A stretch of 64,000 bases of DNA from an uncultured bacterium (GTDB taxonomy: Bacteria; Patescibacteriota; Minisyncoccia; Phycocordibacterales; GWA1-40-21): contig CAILDB010000014.1 of the NCBI GenBank assembly GCA_903832855.1, forward strand, positions 144-64,143, in the 5' to 3' direction. Below, in pieces: positions 8,967 to 17,381 of the stretch. The stretch's first letter is position 1; each line of letters begins with the position of its first letter. Under the pieces are notes generated by a model. It made no database searches, was not told where the DNA came from, and saw only the letters and a list, made by a program, of their open reading frames with translations. The translations under genes and the position numbers were made by a program.

Positions 8967-9036
8967 GCGGGCGCCGGGAATCGAACCCGAACCCAATCCT
9001 TGGCAAGGACTAGTTCTACCGTTAAACTACGCCCGC
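8966..9036 (-). tRNA. tRNA-Gly (anticodon GCC); CCA not encoded.
   Basis: Cloverleaf: acceptor GCGGGCG/CGCCCGC, anticodon loop TTGCCAA, T-arm GGGTTCGATTCCC. Confidence 0.85.
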
Positions 9037-9169
9037 ATGCTCACAGGAAACATTATACACGAGTTATTAAAAATTTCAAATTATATATTATGGGTAACAA
9101 CGGTGGTCACAAGTTTTTGCCTGCTGGCAAAACTCGCGACCCCGCCTCGGCACGTCTGCCTCCGGCTAG

Positions 9170-9213
9170 CACAGATGAAAAAAGAAGCTTCCTAGCTTCT
9201 TTTTTCATCTGTG
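9170..9213. terminator. Perfect 20-bp stem hairpin cacagatgaaaaaagaagct-tcct-agcttcttttttcatctgtg directly 3' of tRNA-Arg.
   Basis: Read directly. Confidence 0.55.
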
Positions 9214-9283
9214 CTCCCAGTAGGATTCGAACCCACAACAACAGTTCCGAAGACTGTTGTGATATCCATTTCACCATGGGAGC
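9212..9283 (-). tRNA. tRNA-Arg (anticodon TCG by fold; assignment tentative); CCA not encoded.
   Basis: Acceptor GCTCCCA/TGGGAGC, anticodon loop CTTCGGA, T-arm GTGGGTTCGAATCCTAC. Confidence 0.75.
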
Positions 9284-9343
9284 ATTATGCACAATCATAC
9301 CCTATATTAGCTAAAAATCAAAAAATGTAATAAAATAGGTGCA

Positions 9344-10873
9344 ATGAAATTAGTGAAAACAGTAAAAGAAAAACTTCAAGAATTTAAAGGAATACCAACA
9401 GAGGTTTGGGAAGTTTCAGAGAAACTCAAAGATGCTGGCTTTGAGGCCTATTTGATTGGAGGTTGTGTGAGAGATATTTTACTTGATATTGAAGCAAATG
9501 ATTGGGACATTACGACAAATGCAAATCCAGAACAAATTATTGCAACTTTTGAAAAAACTTTTTATGAAAATACTTATGGCACTGTCGGCGTGGTAAATGA
9601 AACAACAAAAAATGAGAAGGTGAGGGTAATTGAAGTGACTCCATACCGCTTAGAGTCAGAATATTCAGACAATCGCAGACCAGATGCCGTTATTTTTAGC
9701 CAAAATCTGGAAGATGATCTAAAAAGAAGGGATTTTACAATAAATGCCATAGCTTTGTCTCTTGAAAGTTTTGATGGTAAAAAAGAAATTTATAAAGGAC
9801 ATTTAGTTGATCTTTATAAAGGACAAGAAGACCTGGCAGATAAGATTGTGAGGACAGTAGGGGATCCGGACGAAAGATTTGCAGAAGATGGACTTAGAAT
9901 TTTGCGTGCTGTAAGAATTGCAAATTATATTGGTTTCAAAATGGATAAAAAAACGGAAGAAGCCGTCAAGAAAAATTCCGATCTACTTTCAAAAATTGCA
10001 AAAGAAAGAATCCGTGATGAATTTGTAAAAATAATTACATCACCTACACCAATGAAAGGAATTTTGAAATGCTTGGAGGTTAATATTTTGAGATTTATTA
10101 TCCCCGAACTCGAAAAAACCATAAGCATCGAACAAAAAGGCGCTCATATTTATGATGTTTGGGAACATTTGCTCAGAAGTTTGCAATATTCTGCAGACAA
10201 AAACCTTGCTTTGGAAATCAGATTGGCTGCTCTACTGCACGATATTGGCAAACCAAAGTCTAGAAGAGCAGGAGAAAATGGAGAAAAATGGACTTTCTAT
10301 GGCCATGAAGTTGTCAGCACCAGAATGTCTGAAAAAATTCTTACTGATTTAAAATTTTCAAAAAAAGTTATTGAAAAAACAGTCAAACTTATCCGATGGC
10401 ATATGTTTTTTGCAGACACAGAACAGATTACACTTTCCGCAGTGCGAAGAATTATTGCAAAAGTTGGTAAAGAAAATATTTGGGACCTTGTTGAACTGCG
10501 AACTTGCGACAGAATAGGCATGGGTAGACCAAAAGAAGACCCTTACAGACTCAGAAAATATATGGCAATGATAGAAGAAGCGATGAGAGACCCAGTATCT
10601 GTAGGGATGCTTAAAATTGATGGTAAAAAAATAATGGAAGTCACGGAGGAAGTGGCTGGCCCAAAAATCGGCTATATTTTACACGCTTTGCTCGAAGAAG
10701 TGCTTGATAATCCAAAACTAAACACTGAGGAATATTTGGAAGACAGAGCGAGAGATTTTGCAAAATTAGAAATAAAAGAACTTGAAAAAATCGGCAAAGA
10801 AGGCAAAGAAAAAAAAGAAAAAGAGGAGGAGAAAGAATTGGGGGAGATAAGAAAAAGACATTTTGTTAAATAA
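9344..10873 (+). CDS. cca: CCA-adding enzyme / tRNA nucleotidyltransferase with HD domain and a K/E-rich C-terminal tail.
   Basis: GGCVRDILL...DWDI polymerase-beta motif and LLHDIGKP HD motif. Confidence 0.8.
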   Translation: MKLVKTVKEKLQEFKGIPTEVWEVSEKLKDAGFEAYLIGGCVRDILLDIEANDWDITTNANPEQIIATFEKTFYENTYGTVGVVNETTKNEKVRVIEVTPYRLESEYSDNRRPDAVIFSQNLEDDLKRRDFTINAIALSLESFDGKKEIYKGHLVDLYKGQEDLADKIVRTVGDPDERFAEDGLRILRAVRIANYIGFKMDKKTEEAVKKNSDLLSKIAKERIRDEFVKIITSPTPMKGILKCLEVNILRFIIPELEKTISIEQKGAHIYDVWEHLLRSLQYSADKNLALEIRLAALLHDIGKPKSRRAGENGEKWTFYGHEVVSTRMSEKILTDLKFSKKVIEKTVKLIRWHMFFADTEQITLSAVRRIIAKVGKENIWDLVELRTCDRIGMGRPKEDPYRLRKYMAMIEEAMRDPVSVGMLKIDGKKIMEVTEEVAGPKIGYILHALLEEVLDNPKLNTEEYLEDRARDFAKLEIKELEKIGKEGKEKKEKEEEKELGEIRKRHFVK

Positions 10874-10874
10874 A

Positions 10875-11043
10875 ATAAAACCCCTACATCACGCAGGATG
10901 CAGGGGCCCACTCGGAATTCATACCTAATTAAGTGGGGGTCACTTAGGCATATAGTCCAACGGCGGCGGGGGGAGAGGTGGGTGTTGGCCTTTCGAAATA
11001 AACCATCTCTCTTAGCGGAACGTACAGAACGAACAAACTCCTA
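10875..11043 (-). ncRNA. Candidate ~165-nt GC-rich small RNA on the minus strand.
   Basis: Minus-strand promoter TTGACA-16-TACACT at 11050-11077. Perfect terminator hairpin cccctgcatcctgcgtgatgtagggg plus TTTTATTTT at 10872-10906. Confidence 0.3.
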
Positions 11044-11133
11044 TAAAACAGTGTAGCAGAACCACAGAAATTGTCAAGTATTCTTTTATTCCTAAAATAT
11101 TGTATATATGTCCATATAATGTATAATTTAATT

Positions 11134-11493
11134 ATGAAAATAGATACAAATAAATTTGAGAAAAAGTTGAAGGATGAATTGAATCTTGTTGAGACAGAAT
11201 TAAAAACTGTTGCAAGAAAAAATCCAGAAAATAAAAATGACTGGCAGGCAATTCCTGATGATACAGAAAAAGATAGTCCAGATGTAAATGAGGCAGCAGA
11301 TGTAATTGAAGAATTTGGAAACAACGCGGGAATTGCGGACCAACTTGAAATTAGATTAAATGAAATCAAGGACGCACTTGCAAGAATTAAAGACGGTACA
11401 TATGGAATGTGCGGTGTCTGTGGAGAAGAAATTCCTGAAAATCGACTTGAGGCAAATCCTGCAGCGAATACTTGTATAGAGCACGCAAAGTAA
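11134..11493 (+). CDS. DksA/TraR-family C4 zinc-finger protein.
   Basis: C-terminal CGVCGEEIPENRLEANPAANTCIEHA. Confidence 0.7.
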   Translation: MKIDTNKFEKKLKDELNLVETELKTVARKNPENKNDWQAIPDDTEKDSPDVNEAADVIEEFGNNAGIADQLEIRLNEIKDALARIKDGTYGMCGVCGEEIPENRLEANPAANTCIEHAK

Positions 11494-11501
11494 AAAATTA
11501 A

Positions 11502-13064
11502 ATGAGTTTTGCAAAAGTTTACAGCGCCCAAACCGTAGGTTTGGGCGCAAAAATAATTGATGTAGAGGTGGACTTATCAAAAGGTCTGCATTCTTTTTCT
11601 ATCGTCGGCCTTCCGGACAAAGCAATTGACGAATCAAAAGACAGAATTTCTGCTTCAATAAAAAATAGCGGATTCAAAGCACCAAAAAATAAAAATCAAA
11701 AAATAGTTATTTCACTTGCTCCGGCAGATATCAAAAAAGAAGGCCCATGTTTTGATACAGCAATGGCCATAGCATACCTGCTTGCAAGTGACGAGATAAG
11801 ATTTGACCCAGAAAAAATACTTTTTATTGGTGAACTTTCTCTTGATGGAAAATTGCGAAGGATTAGTGGCGTCTTGCCGATAGTCGCCGAAGCAAAAAGA
11901 AAAGGTTTTGAAGAAATTTTCTTGCCAAAAGAAAATGCGGTGGAAGGAGCACTTGTAGATGGTATCAAAATCTTTGGAGCAAACTCAATTACTGAAATAA
12001 TTGCTCATATTAATACAAAAGAAACAAAAGACGGCGAGGAAGTAAAAATTTTACCGCAAAAAATTGCAAAACAAATAAAAACAAAAGTTGAAGAAGCGGA
12101 AGATGAGACTTTGATAGATTTTGCAGATATCAAAGGTCAAGAAACAGCAAAAAGGGGATTGGAAATCGCTGCAGCAGGCAGACACAACATCGCAATGTTT
12201 GGGCCACCAGGCACGGGGAAAACAATGCTTGCAAAAGCTTTCCGCCACATTCTGCCTCCGCTTACTTTTGACGAAGTTTTGGAAATCACTTCCATTCATT
12301 CCATCGCAGGCACACTCAAAGAAGATTTAATGTCAAATCCTCCAATCCGTTCACCACATCACACAGCTTCATATGTCTCAATTGTCGGCGGAGGTTCCAC
12401 TCCAAAACCTGGAGAAGTCACACTCGCACACGGAGGCGTTTTATTTTTGGACGAATTTCCAGAATTTGATAGAAAAGTTTTAGAATCACTTCGCGAACCA
12501 CTTGAAGAAGGAGAGATAAGTATTTCTCGAGCAAAAGGTTCCACAACTTTTCCCGCAAATTTTATTTTAATAGCATCAATGAACCCATGCCCATGCGGAA
12601 ACTACGGCTCAAAAGGAAAAGAATGCATTTGCAGAGCTCAAGACATTGCAAGATATCAGAAAAAATTGTCTGGACCGATAATTGACCGTATAGATATGTG
12701 GGTGGAAGTCTCGCAAGTGGATTATGAAAAGCTCGGAGAAAAAACCGTGTCAAAAGAAACCGAAAAAATAAAATCGCGTGTGAAAGAGGCCCGAAAAATC
12801 CAAGAAAAAAGATTTGAAAAAACAAAAAGAAAAACAAATAGCGGAATGTCCTCAAAAGAAATTATAAAAGTTGCAAATGTCACCGACGAAGCAATGGAAA
12901 TCCTCAAATCCTCTGCACAAAAGCTCGGCCTTTCCGCTCGTGCCTATCATCGCGTCATCAAGCTCGCCCGCACCATCGCAGACCTAGAAAAAAGCGATGA
13001 AGTCAAAAATACTCACATCTTGGAGGCCCTCCAATATCGTCCAAAAAATAATTTTGCTTATTAA
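11502..13064 (+). CDS. comM: YifB/ComM Mg-chelatase-like AAA+ ATPase.
   Basis: MSFAKVYSAQTVGLGAKIIDVEVDLSKGL...GPPGTGKTMLAK. Confidence 0.85.
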   Translation: MSFAKVYSAQTVGLGAKIIDVEVDLSKGLHSFSIVGLPDKAIDESKDRISASIKNSGFKAPKNKNQKIVISLAPADIKKEGPCFDTAMAIAYLLASDEIRFDPEKILFIGELSLDGKLRRISGVLPIVAEAKRKGFEEIFLPKENAVEGALVDGIKIFGANSITEIIAHINTKETKDGEEVKILPQKIAKQIKTKVEEAEDETLIDFADIKGQETAKRGLEIAAAGRHNIAMFGPPGTGKTMLAKAFRHILPPLTFDEVLEITSIHSIAGTLKEDLMSNPPIRSPHHTASYVSIVGGGSTPKPGEVTLAHGGVLFLDEFPEFDRKVLESLREPLEEGEISISRAKGSTTFPANFILIASMNPCPCGNYGSKGKECICRAQDIARYQKKLSGPIIDRIDMWVEVSQVDYEKLGEKTVSKETEKIKSRVKEARKIQEKRFEKTKRKTNSGMSSKEIIKVANVTDEAMEILKSSAQKLGLSARAYHRVIKLARTIADLEKSDEVKNTHILEALQYRPKNNFAY

Positions 13065-14200
13065 AACGGATTCTTTGCTCCGCGAATTTCAAAGTGGACG
13101 TGGGGGCCGGTGGATTTTCCGGTGTTTCCGGAAAGACCTATGACTTGGCCTTGGGCGACATTTTCGCCAGTTGTGACTTCCACATCGCTCATGTGTCCAT
13201 AGACCGTCTGTGTGCCATTGTAGTGTGAAATAATAATATAACTTCCATAACCACCATTCCATCCGCTGGATCTCGCAAGAATTACTTGGCCAGAAGCTGC
13301 CGCCATTATAGGTGTGCCGACTGGTGTAGCAATATCGATAGCATTGTATCCATGCAAACCTTGTGTTTTTCTTCCGCCGACAATAGGTCTCAAGTAATAA
13401 CCGACATCATCTGGACCACTATAACCAGGAATAAGTCGGCTATTTCCTGCTGTTGAACCTGAACTTGACGGAGTTGATGCAACGGAACTTTCACCATCAG
13501 GAATAATAATCTGCTGACCGAGGGCAAGGGGCGCGTTTCTATCTAGATCGTTAAACTGAACGATTTCGTCTAGGTCGCCTTTGTATTTTTTGGCAATACT
13601 TTGTAATGTTTCACCCTTTGTAACGGCGTGAGTGATACCTGAAACAGGCAAAATAACGAGTTGTTGACCAACCTTCAATGTCTTGCTAGTCAAATTGTTT
13701 GCCCACACGATAGTATTTGCAGAAACACCGAACATTTTGCCGACAGAAGTAAGTGTGTCGTTTTGTCTCACAATATAGACACTAATCTGACCGAGGTTTT
13801 GACTTTTGTCTGCTTCAAGCACAGTTCCGGAGGGGCCATTTTCTGAAAGTAGGGCTTCACCGCTCACAATATTGATATCAGCCGTCTTTTGAGCATTTTG
13901 ACCAATAAAATTTGAGCTATCTAAAAGAGGGGTGTCTGTCGTGGCAAAAGAGAAGCCAGTAGATGAACTTGAAGGGGAATTGGTATCATAGGCGATTGCT
14001 TTTGAGTTGGTATTGGAAAAAATCTTTGTTATAAAAGAGAAAAATCCTGCTTGGACAGGATATGGGCTCATCATGGTAAACATAATTGGTAGCAAATAGA
14101 CAATAGACCACTTGAGATAAGTGGCTAAAAATAAGGACTTTTTGGAACCATTAGCCCTACGAGCAGGGGAATAATGGTCTTTTTGGGGGTTTGTAGACAA
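13061..14200 (-). CDS. LysM-domain M23 metallopeptidase.
   Basis: Two LysM repeats; C-terminal HxxxD/HVHFE M23 motifs (GTPIMAAASGQV...GPHVHFEI). Confidence 0.8.
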   Translation of the reverse strand: MSTNPQKDHYSPARRANGSKKSLFLATYLKWSIVYLLPIMFTMMSPYPVQAGFFSFITKIFSNTNSKAIAYDTNSPSSSSTGFSFATTDTPLLDSSNFIGQNAQKTADINIVSGEALLSENGPSGTVLEADKSQNLGQISVYIVRQNDTLTSVGKMFGVSANTIVWANNLTSKTLKVGQQLVILPVSGITHAVTKGETLQSIAKKYKGDLDEIVQFNDLDRNAPLALGQQIIIPDGESSVASTPSSSGSTAGNSRLIPGYSGPDDVGYYLRPIVGGRKTQGLHGYNAIDIATPVGTPIMAAASGQVILARSSGWNGGYGSYIIISHYNGTQTVYGHMSDVEVTTGENVAQGQVIGLSGNTGKSTGPHVHFEIRGAKNPF

Positions 14201-14343
14201 AATATGCTTATTATTAGGGCTTTTCTGCTGGTCTGTTTTACTAAATGGCTCTAATTAGCCATTTTTTCAGGATTTCTGTCGTTTCAGGCGTACTAATAAT
14301 GGTACCACCTACAAAGTTTCAGTCAACCGGCAAGTGGATGACC

Positions 14344-14352
14344 TGTGGATAA
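14344..14352 (-). promoter_or_regulatory. Perfect DnaA box (TGTGGATAA).
   Basis: Exact 9-mer. Confidence 0.45.
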
Positions 14353-14370
14353 CTATTTGGGTTAAAAATT

Positions 14371-14549
14371 CTAGGAAACTCAAATTCCTTTCTCACTAAT
14401 GGCTCCGCAATCTAGAAAATCATAGTCAACTTTCTATCGAAAAATTCATGAGTCGCATTCGCTCCGGCAGCCAGATGAATTTTTCAGAAAGTTTCCTTGA
14501 TTTTCTGATTGTTCCGCCAGAGCGTTCGAAAGAAACTTGAGTTTCCTAG
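14371..14549 (+). repeat. MITE-like ~180-bp element (Rep-B copy 1) with 22-bp terminal inverted repeats ctaggaaactcaaattcctttc / gaaagaaacttgagtttcctag and a central palindrome gaaaaattcat...atgaatttttc.
   Basis: Its inverted counterpart at 62030-62203 has a highly similar core but different outer arms. Confidence 0.6.
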
Positions 14550-14591
14550 AATTTTTTTCAGATATTTGCAATAATATGTTATATTTCTCTG

Positions 14592-16535
14592 GTGGATTAC
14601 TTAAATGGCCTAAATGAACAGCAAAAAGAGGCGGTTTTGGCCAAAGATGGGCCGGTTTTGATAATCGCTGGCGCTGGGGCAGGTAAAACCAAGACAATTA
14701 CCCACAGAATACTGCATTTAATCAAAGAAGGAGTAGCTCCAAGAAACATTTTGGCTATCACTTTTACAAACAAAGCAGCGAGAGAAATGAAAGAGAGGGT
14801 AGAAAAAATAATGAAAGAGGACAAAAGTTTAAATTTTCCTGTAAATACTTTTGAAAAGCCTTTTGTTAGCACGTTTCATTCACTCGGTGTTCACATTTTA
14901 AAAGAAAACGCGCGAGTTCTCGGGCTGACTAGAAATTTTTCAATTATGGACAGGCAGGATTCCACAAAAATTGTTAAAGATGTTTTGAAAAGTCTGGATA
15001 TTGACCCTAAACAGTTTGAGCCGGGGAAAATTTTAAATATTATTTCCAGAGAAAAAGGCGAGATTAATTCTCCAGAAAACTATTCGCAGACCGCAGGAAA
15101 AGGTTTTACGCTTTCAGGAGTTGTGGCAAAAGTCTGGCCAATCTATGAAACAAAACTTCGCGAAGAAAAAGCACTTGATTTTGATGACTTACTTTTGAAG
15201 GCATACTTACTTTTGAAAAATCACAAAGATATTTTGGAAAAATATCAGGAACTTTGGAAATACATCCACATTGACGAGTATCAGGATACAAATAAAGTTC
15301 AATACAAGACGGCAAGACTTCTAGCGGAGAAATACAAAAATATTTGTGTGGTGGGAGATGTAGATCAAAATATTTACAGTTGGCGCGGAGCTGACATTCA
15401 GAATATTTTGGATTTTGAAAAAGATTATCCTGATGCTGTGGTTATTTTACTTGAACAAAATTATCGTTCCACACAAACGATCCTCGCAGTAGCGAACAAA
15501 GTCATAGCAAAAAATAAAAATCGTAAAGAAAAAAATCTTTTTACAAAAAATATTGAAGGTGAAAAAGTATCTTTTTTCAAAGCAAAAAATGAGACAGAAG
15601 AAGCAAGATTTATTGCCAGAAAGTCAAAAGAACTAATAGAAAAGGGTACTGACCCAAAGGAGATTGCAGTGCTATACAGAGCCAATTTTCAGTCGCGAGT
15701 CATTGAAGAGGCGTTTCTGACAGAAAGCACTCCATACCAAGTTTTGGGGACAAAATTTTTTGATAGAAAAGAGATTAAAGATATTTTGTCGTATCTCAAA
15801 GCATCGCTAAATCCGGAAAGTTTGAGTGATATAAAAAGAATAATAAATGTGCCGACAAGAGGAATAGGGAAGGTGACTATTTTAAAAATTTTTGGCGGAG
15901 AAAAAGAAAAATTACCGGCAGGTGTGAAAGAAAAAGTGGACGCCTTTTTTATTTTGCTCGGCAAAATAAAAAAGGCGTCCGAGGATCTCAAACCCTCTGA
16001 TGTAATTAAATTTATCATCACAGAAAGCGGAATTGAAAAAGATTTGATGAACGGAACAGATGAAGAAAAAGAAAGATTGGAAAATATTAAAGAGCTCGCA
16101 ACCCTTGCCACAAAATACGACCATTTTATGCTCAGCGATGGTATTGAAAAACTTTTGGAAGAATCGGCACTCACTACAGATCAAGATTCTTTGGAGAAAA
16201 ATGACAATGCTGTAAAACTTATGACCATTCACGCATCAAAAGGTTTGGAATTTGAATATGTTTTTATCGCAGGGCTTGAAGAAGACTTGTTTCCACATCA
16301 GCCAATCGGAAAAGCGGAAAGAACTCCAGAGGAAGAGGAGGAAGAAAGACGACTTTTTTATGTTGCACTCACCAGAGCAAAAATAAAATTGTTTTTGACA
16401 TATTCTGAAACGAGAACTATTTATGGCTCGCAACAATACAATATGCCTTCCAGATTTTTTGCAGATATTGACAATGAGCACTTAGAAGAGGAGAATTTTG
16501 AATATAGAGAAAAAATAATTTATTTAGAATGGTAA
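14592..16535 (+). CDS. pcrA: UvrD/PcrA-family ATP-dependent DNA helicase (GTG start).
   Basis: LNEQQKEAVLAKDGPVLIIAGAGAGKT...ITFTNKAAREMKERV. Confidence 0.85.
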   Translation: MDYLNGLNEQQKEAVLAKDGPVLIIAGAGAGKTKTITHRILHLIKEGVAPRNILAITFTNKAAREMKERVEKIMKEDKSLNFPVNTFEKPFVSTFHSLGVHILKENARVLGLTRNFSIMDRQDSTKIVKDVLKSLDIDPKQFEPGKILNIISREKGEINSPENYSQTAGKGFTLSGVVAKVWPIYETKLREEKALDFDDLLLKAYLLLKNHKDILEKYQELWKYIHIDEYQDTNKVQYKTARLLAEKYKNICVVGDVDQNIYSWRGADIQNILDFEKDYPDAVVILLEQNYRSTQTILAVANKVIAKNKNRKEKNLFTKNIEGEKVSFFKAKNETEEARFIARKSKELIEKGTDPKEIAVLYRANFQSRVIEEAFLTESTPYQVLGTKFFDRKEIKDILSYLKASLNPESLSDIKRIINVPTRGIGKVTILKIFGGEKEKLPAGVKEKVDAFFILLGKIKKASEDLKPSDVIKFIITESGIEKDLMNGTDEEKERLENIKELATLATKYDHFMLSDGIEKLLEESALTTDQDSLEKNDNAVKLMTIHASKGLEFEYVFIAGLEEDLFPHQPIGKAERTPEEEEEERRLFYVALTRAKIKLFLTYSETRTIYGSQQYNMPSRFFADIDNEHLEEENFEYREKIIYLEW

Positions 16536-17320
16536 TACAAGCAAAAAAATCATTAGGGCAGAATTTCCTTAAAAACAAAGGGGTTTTGGAGAGAATTGTG
16601 GAAACAGGGGAACTTTCTGATGCAGATATCGTACTTGAAGCCGGGCCTGGGGAAGGGGCTCTTACAGAAAAACTTTTACAAAAGGGTTGTAAGGTAGTTG
16701 CTGTGGAAAAAGATCATAGATTAATTGATTTATTGAAAGAGAAATTTGAGAAAGAAATAAAAAGTGAGAAATTTAATTTGATTGAAGGAGATATTTTAGA
16801 ATTTTCGCCGGAAAAGAACGGCTTAACATCCGGAAAATACAAAATAATTGCAAATATTCCTTATTACATTACTGGACTTTTTTTGAGAAAGTTTTTGGAG
16901 ACAGAAATTCAACCGTCAAAAATTGTCGTAATGGTTCAAAAAGAAATTGCCGACAGAATTGTAGCAAAAGATGGAAAAGAAAGCATTCTTTCCATAAGTG
17001 TAAAGGCCTATGGCGAACCAAAAGTGATAATGAAAGTAAGCAGGGGAAGTTTTGACCCAATGCCAAATGTTGATTCTGCAATTTTAGAAATTTCAGATAT
17101 TTCAGAAAACTTTTTCACACAAAATGGAAAAAAAATAGACGAGAAAAAGTTTTTTGAGATAGTAAAAGCCGGTTTTGCTCACAAAAGAAAAATACTTTCA
17201 GCAAATCTAAAAGAAATACTCGGCGAAAATTTGCCACAAATTTTCGCCGAGCTAAATCTCTCTCCCAATGCAAGAGCAGAAGATCTAAAAATTCAAGATT
17301 GGATAAATTTAGCAAAGTAA
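16529..17320 (+). CDS. rsmA: 16S rRNA (adenine1518/1519-N6)-dimethyltransferase.
   Basis: KSLGQNFLKN...EAGPGEGALT. Confidence 0.85.
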   Translation: MVIQAKKSLGQNFLKNKGVLERIVETGELSDADIVLEAGPGEGALTEKLLQKGCKVVAVEKDHRLIDLLKEKFEKEIKSEKFNLIEGDILEFSPEKNGLTSGKYKIIANIPYYITGLFLRKFLETEIQPSKIVVMVQKEIADRIVAKDGKESILSISVKAYGEPKVIMKVSRGSFDPMPNVDSAILEISDISENFFTQNGKKIDEKKFFEIVKAGFAHKRKILSANLKEILGENLPQIFAELNLSPNARAEDLKIQDWINLAK

Positions 17321-17346
17321 AAACCCGCTGTTAGGCGGGTTTTTAT
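17321..17346. terminator. Bidirectional rho-independent terminator acccgc-tgttag-gcgggt followed by TTTTT.
   Basis: Read directly. Confidence 0.6.
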
Positions 17347-17381
17347 TTGCCAAGACAAGGACAGTCTTTGTTCGATTAGAA

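Noticed and set aside
9040-9170. Possible third tRNA between tRNA-Gly and tRNA-Arg
   Set aside because: No canonical T-loop or acceptor pairing; it contains only hairpins (for example ttttgcc-tgct-ggcaaaa).
8965-9314. ORFs 8965-9195, 9000-9314 and 9107-9298
   Set aside because: They overlap tRNA-Gly, tRNA-Arg and their terminator hairpins, so they are spurious.
10944-11531. 195-aa minus-strand ORF
   Set aside because: Low-complexity Ser/Phe-rich translation antisense to the dksA-like gene and covering the GC-rich sRNA candidate.
15689-16232. Minus-strand ORFs inside pcrA (161 and 106 aa)
   Set aside because: Antisense shadows of a conserved helicase gene.
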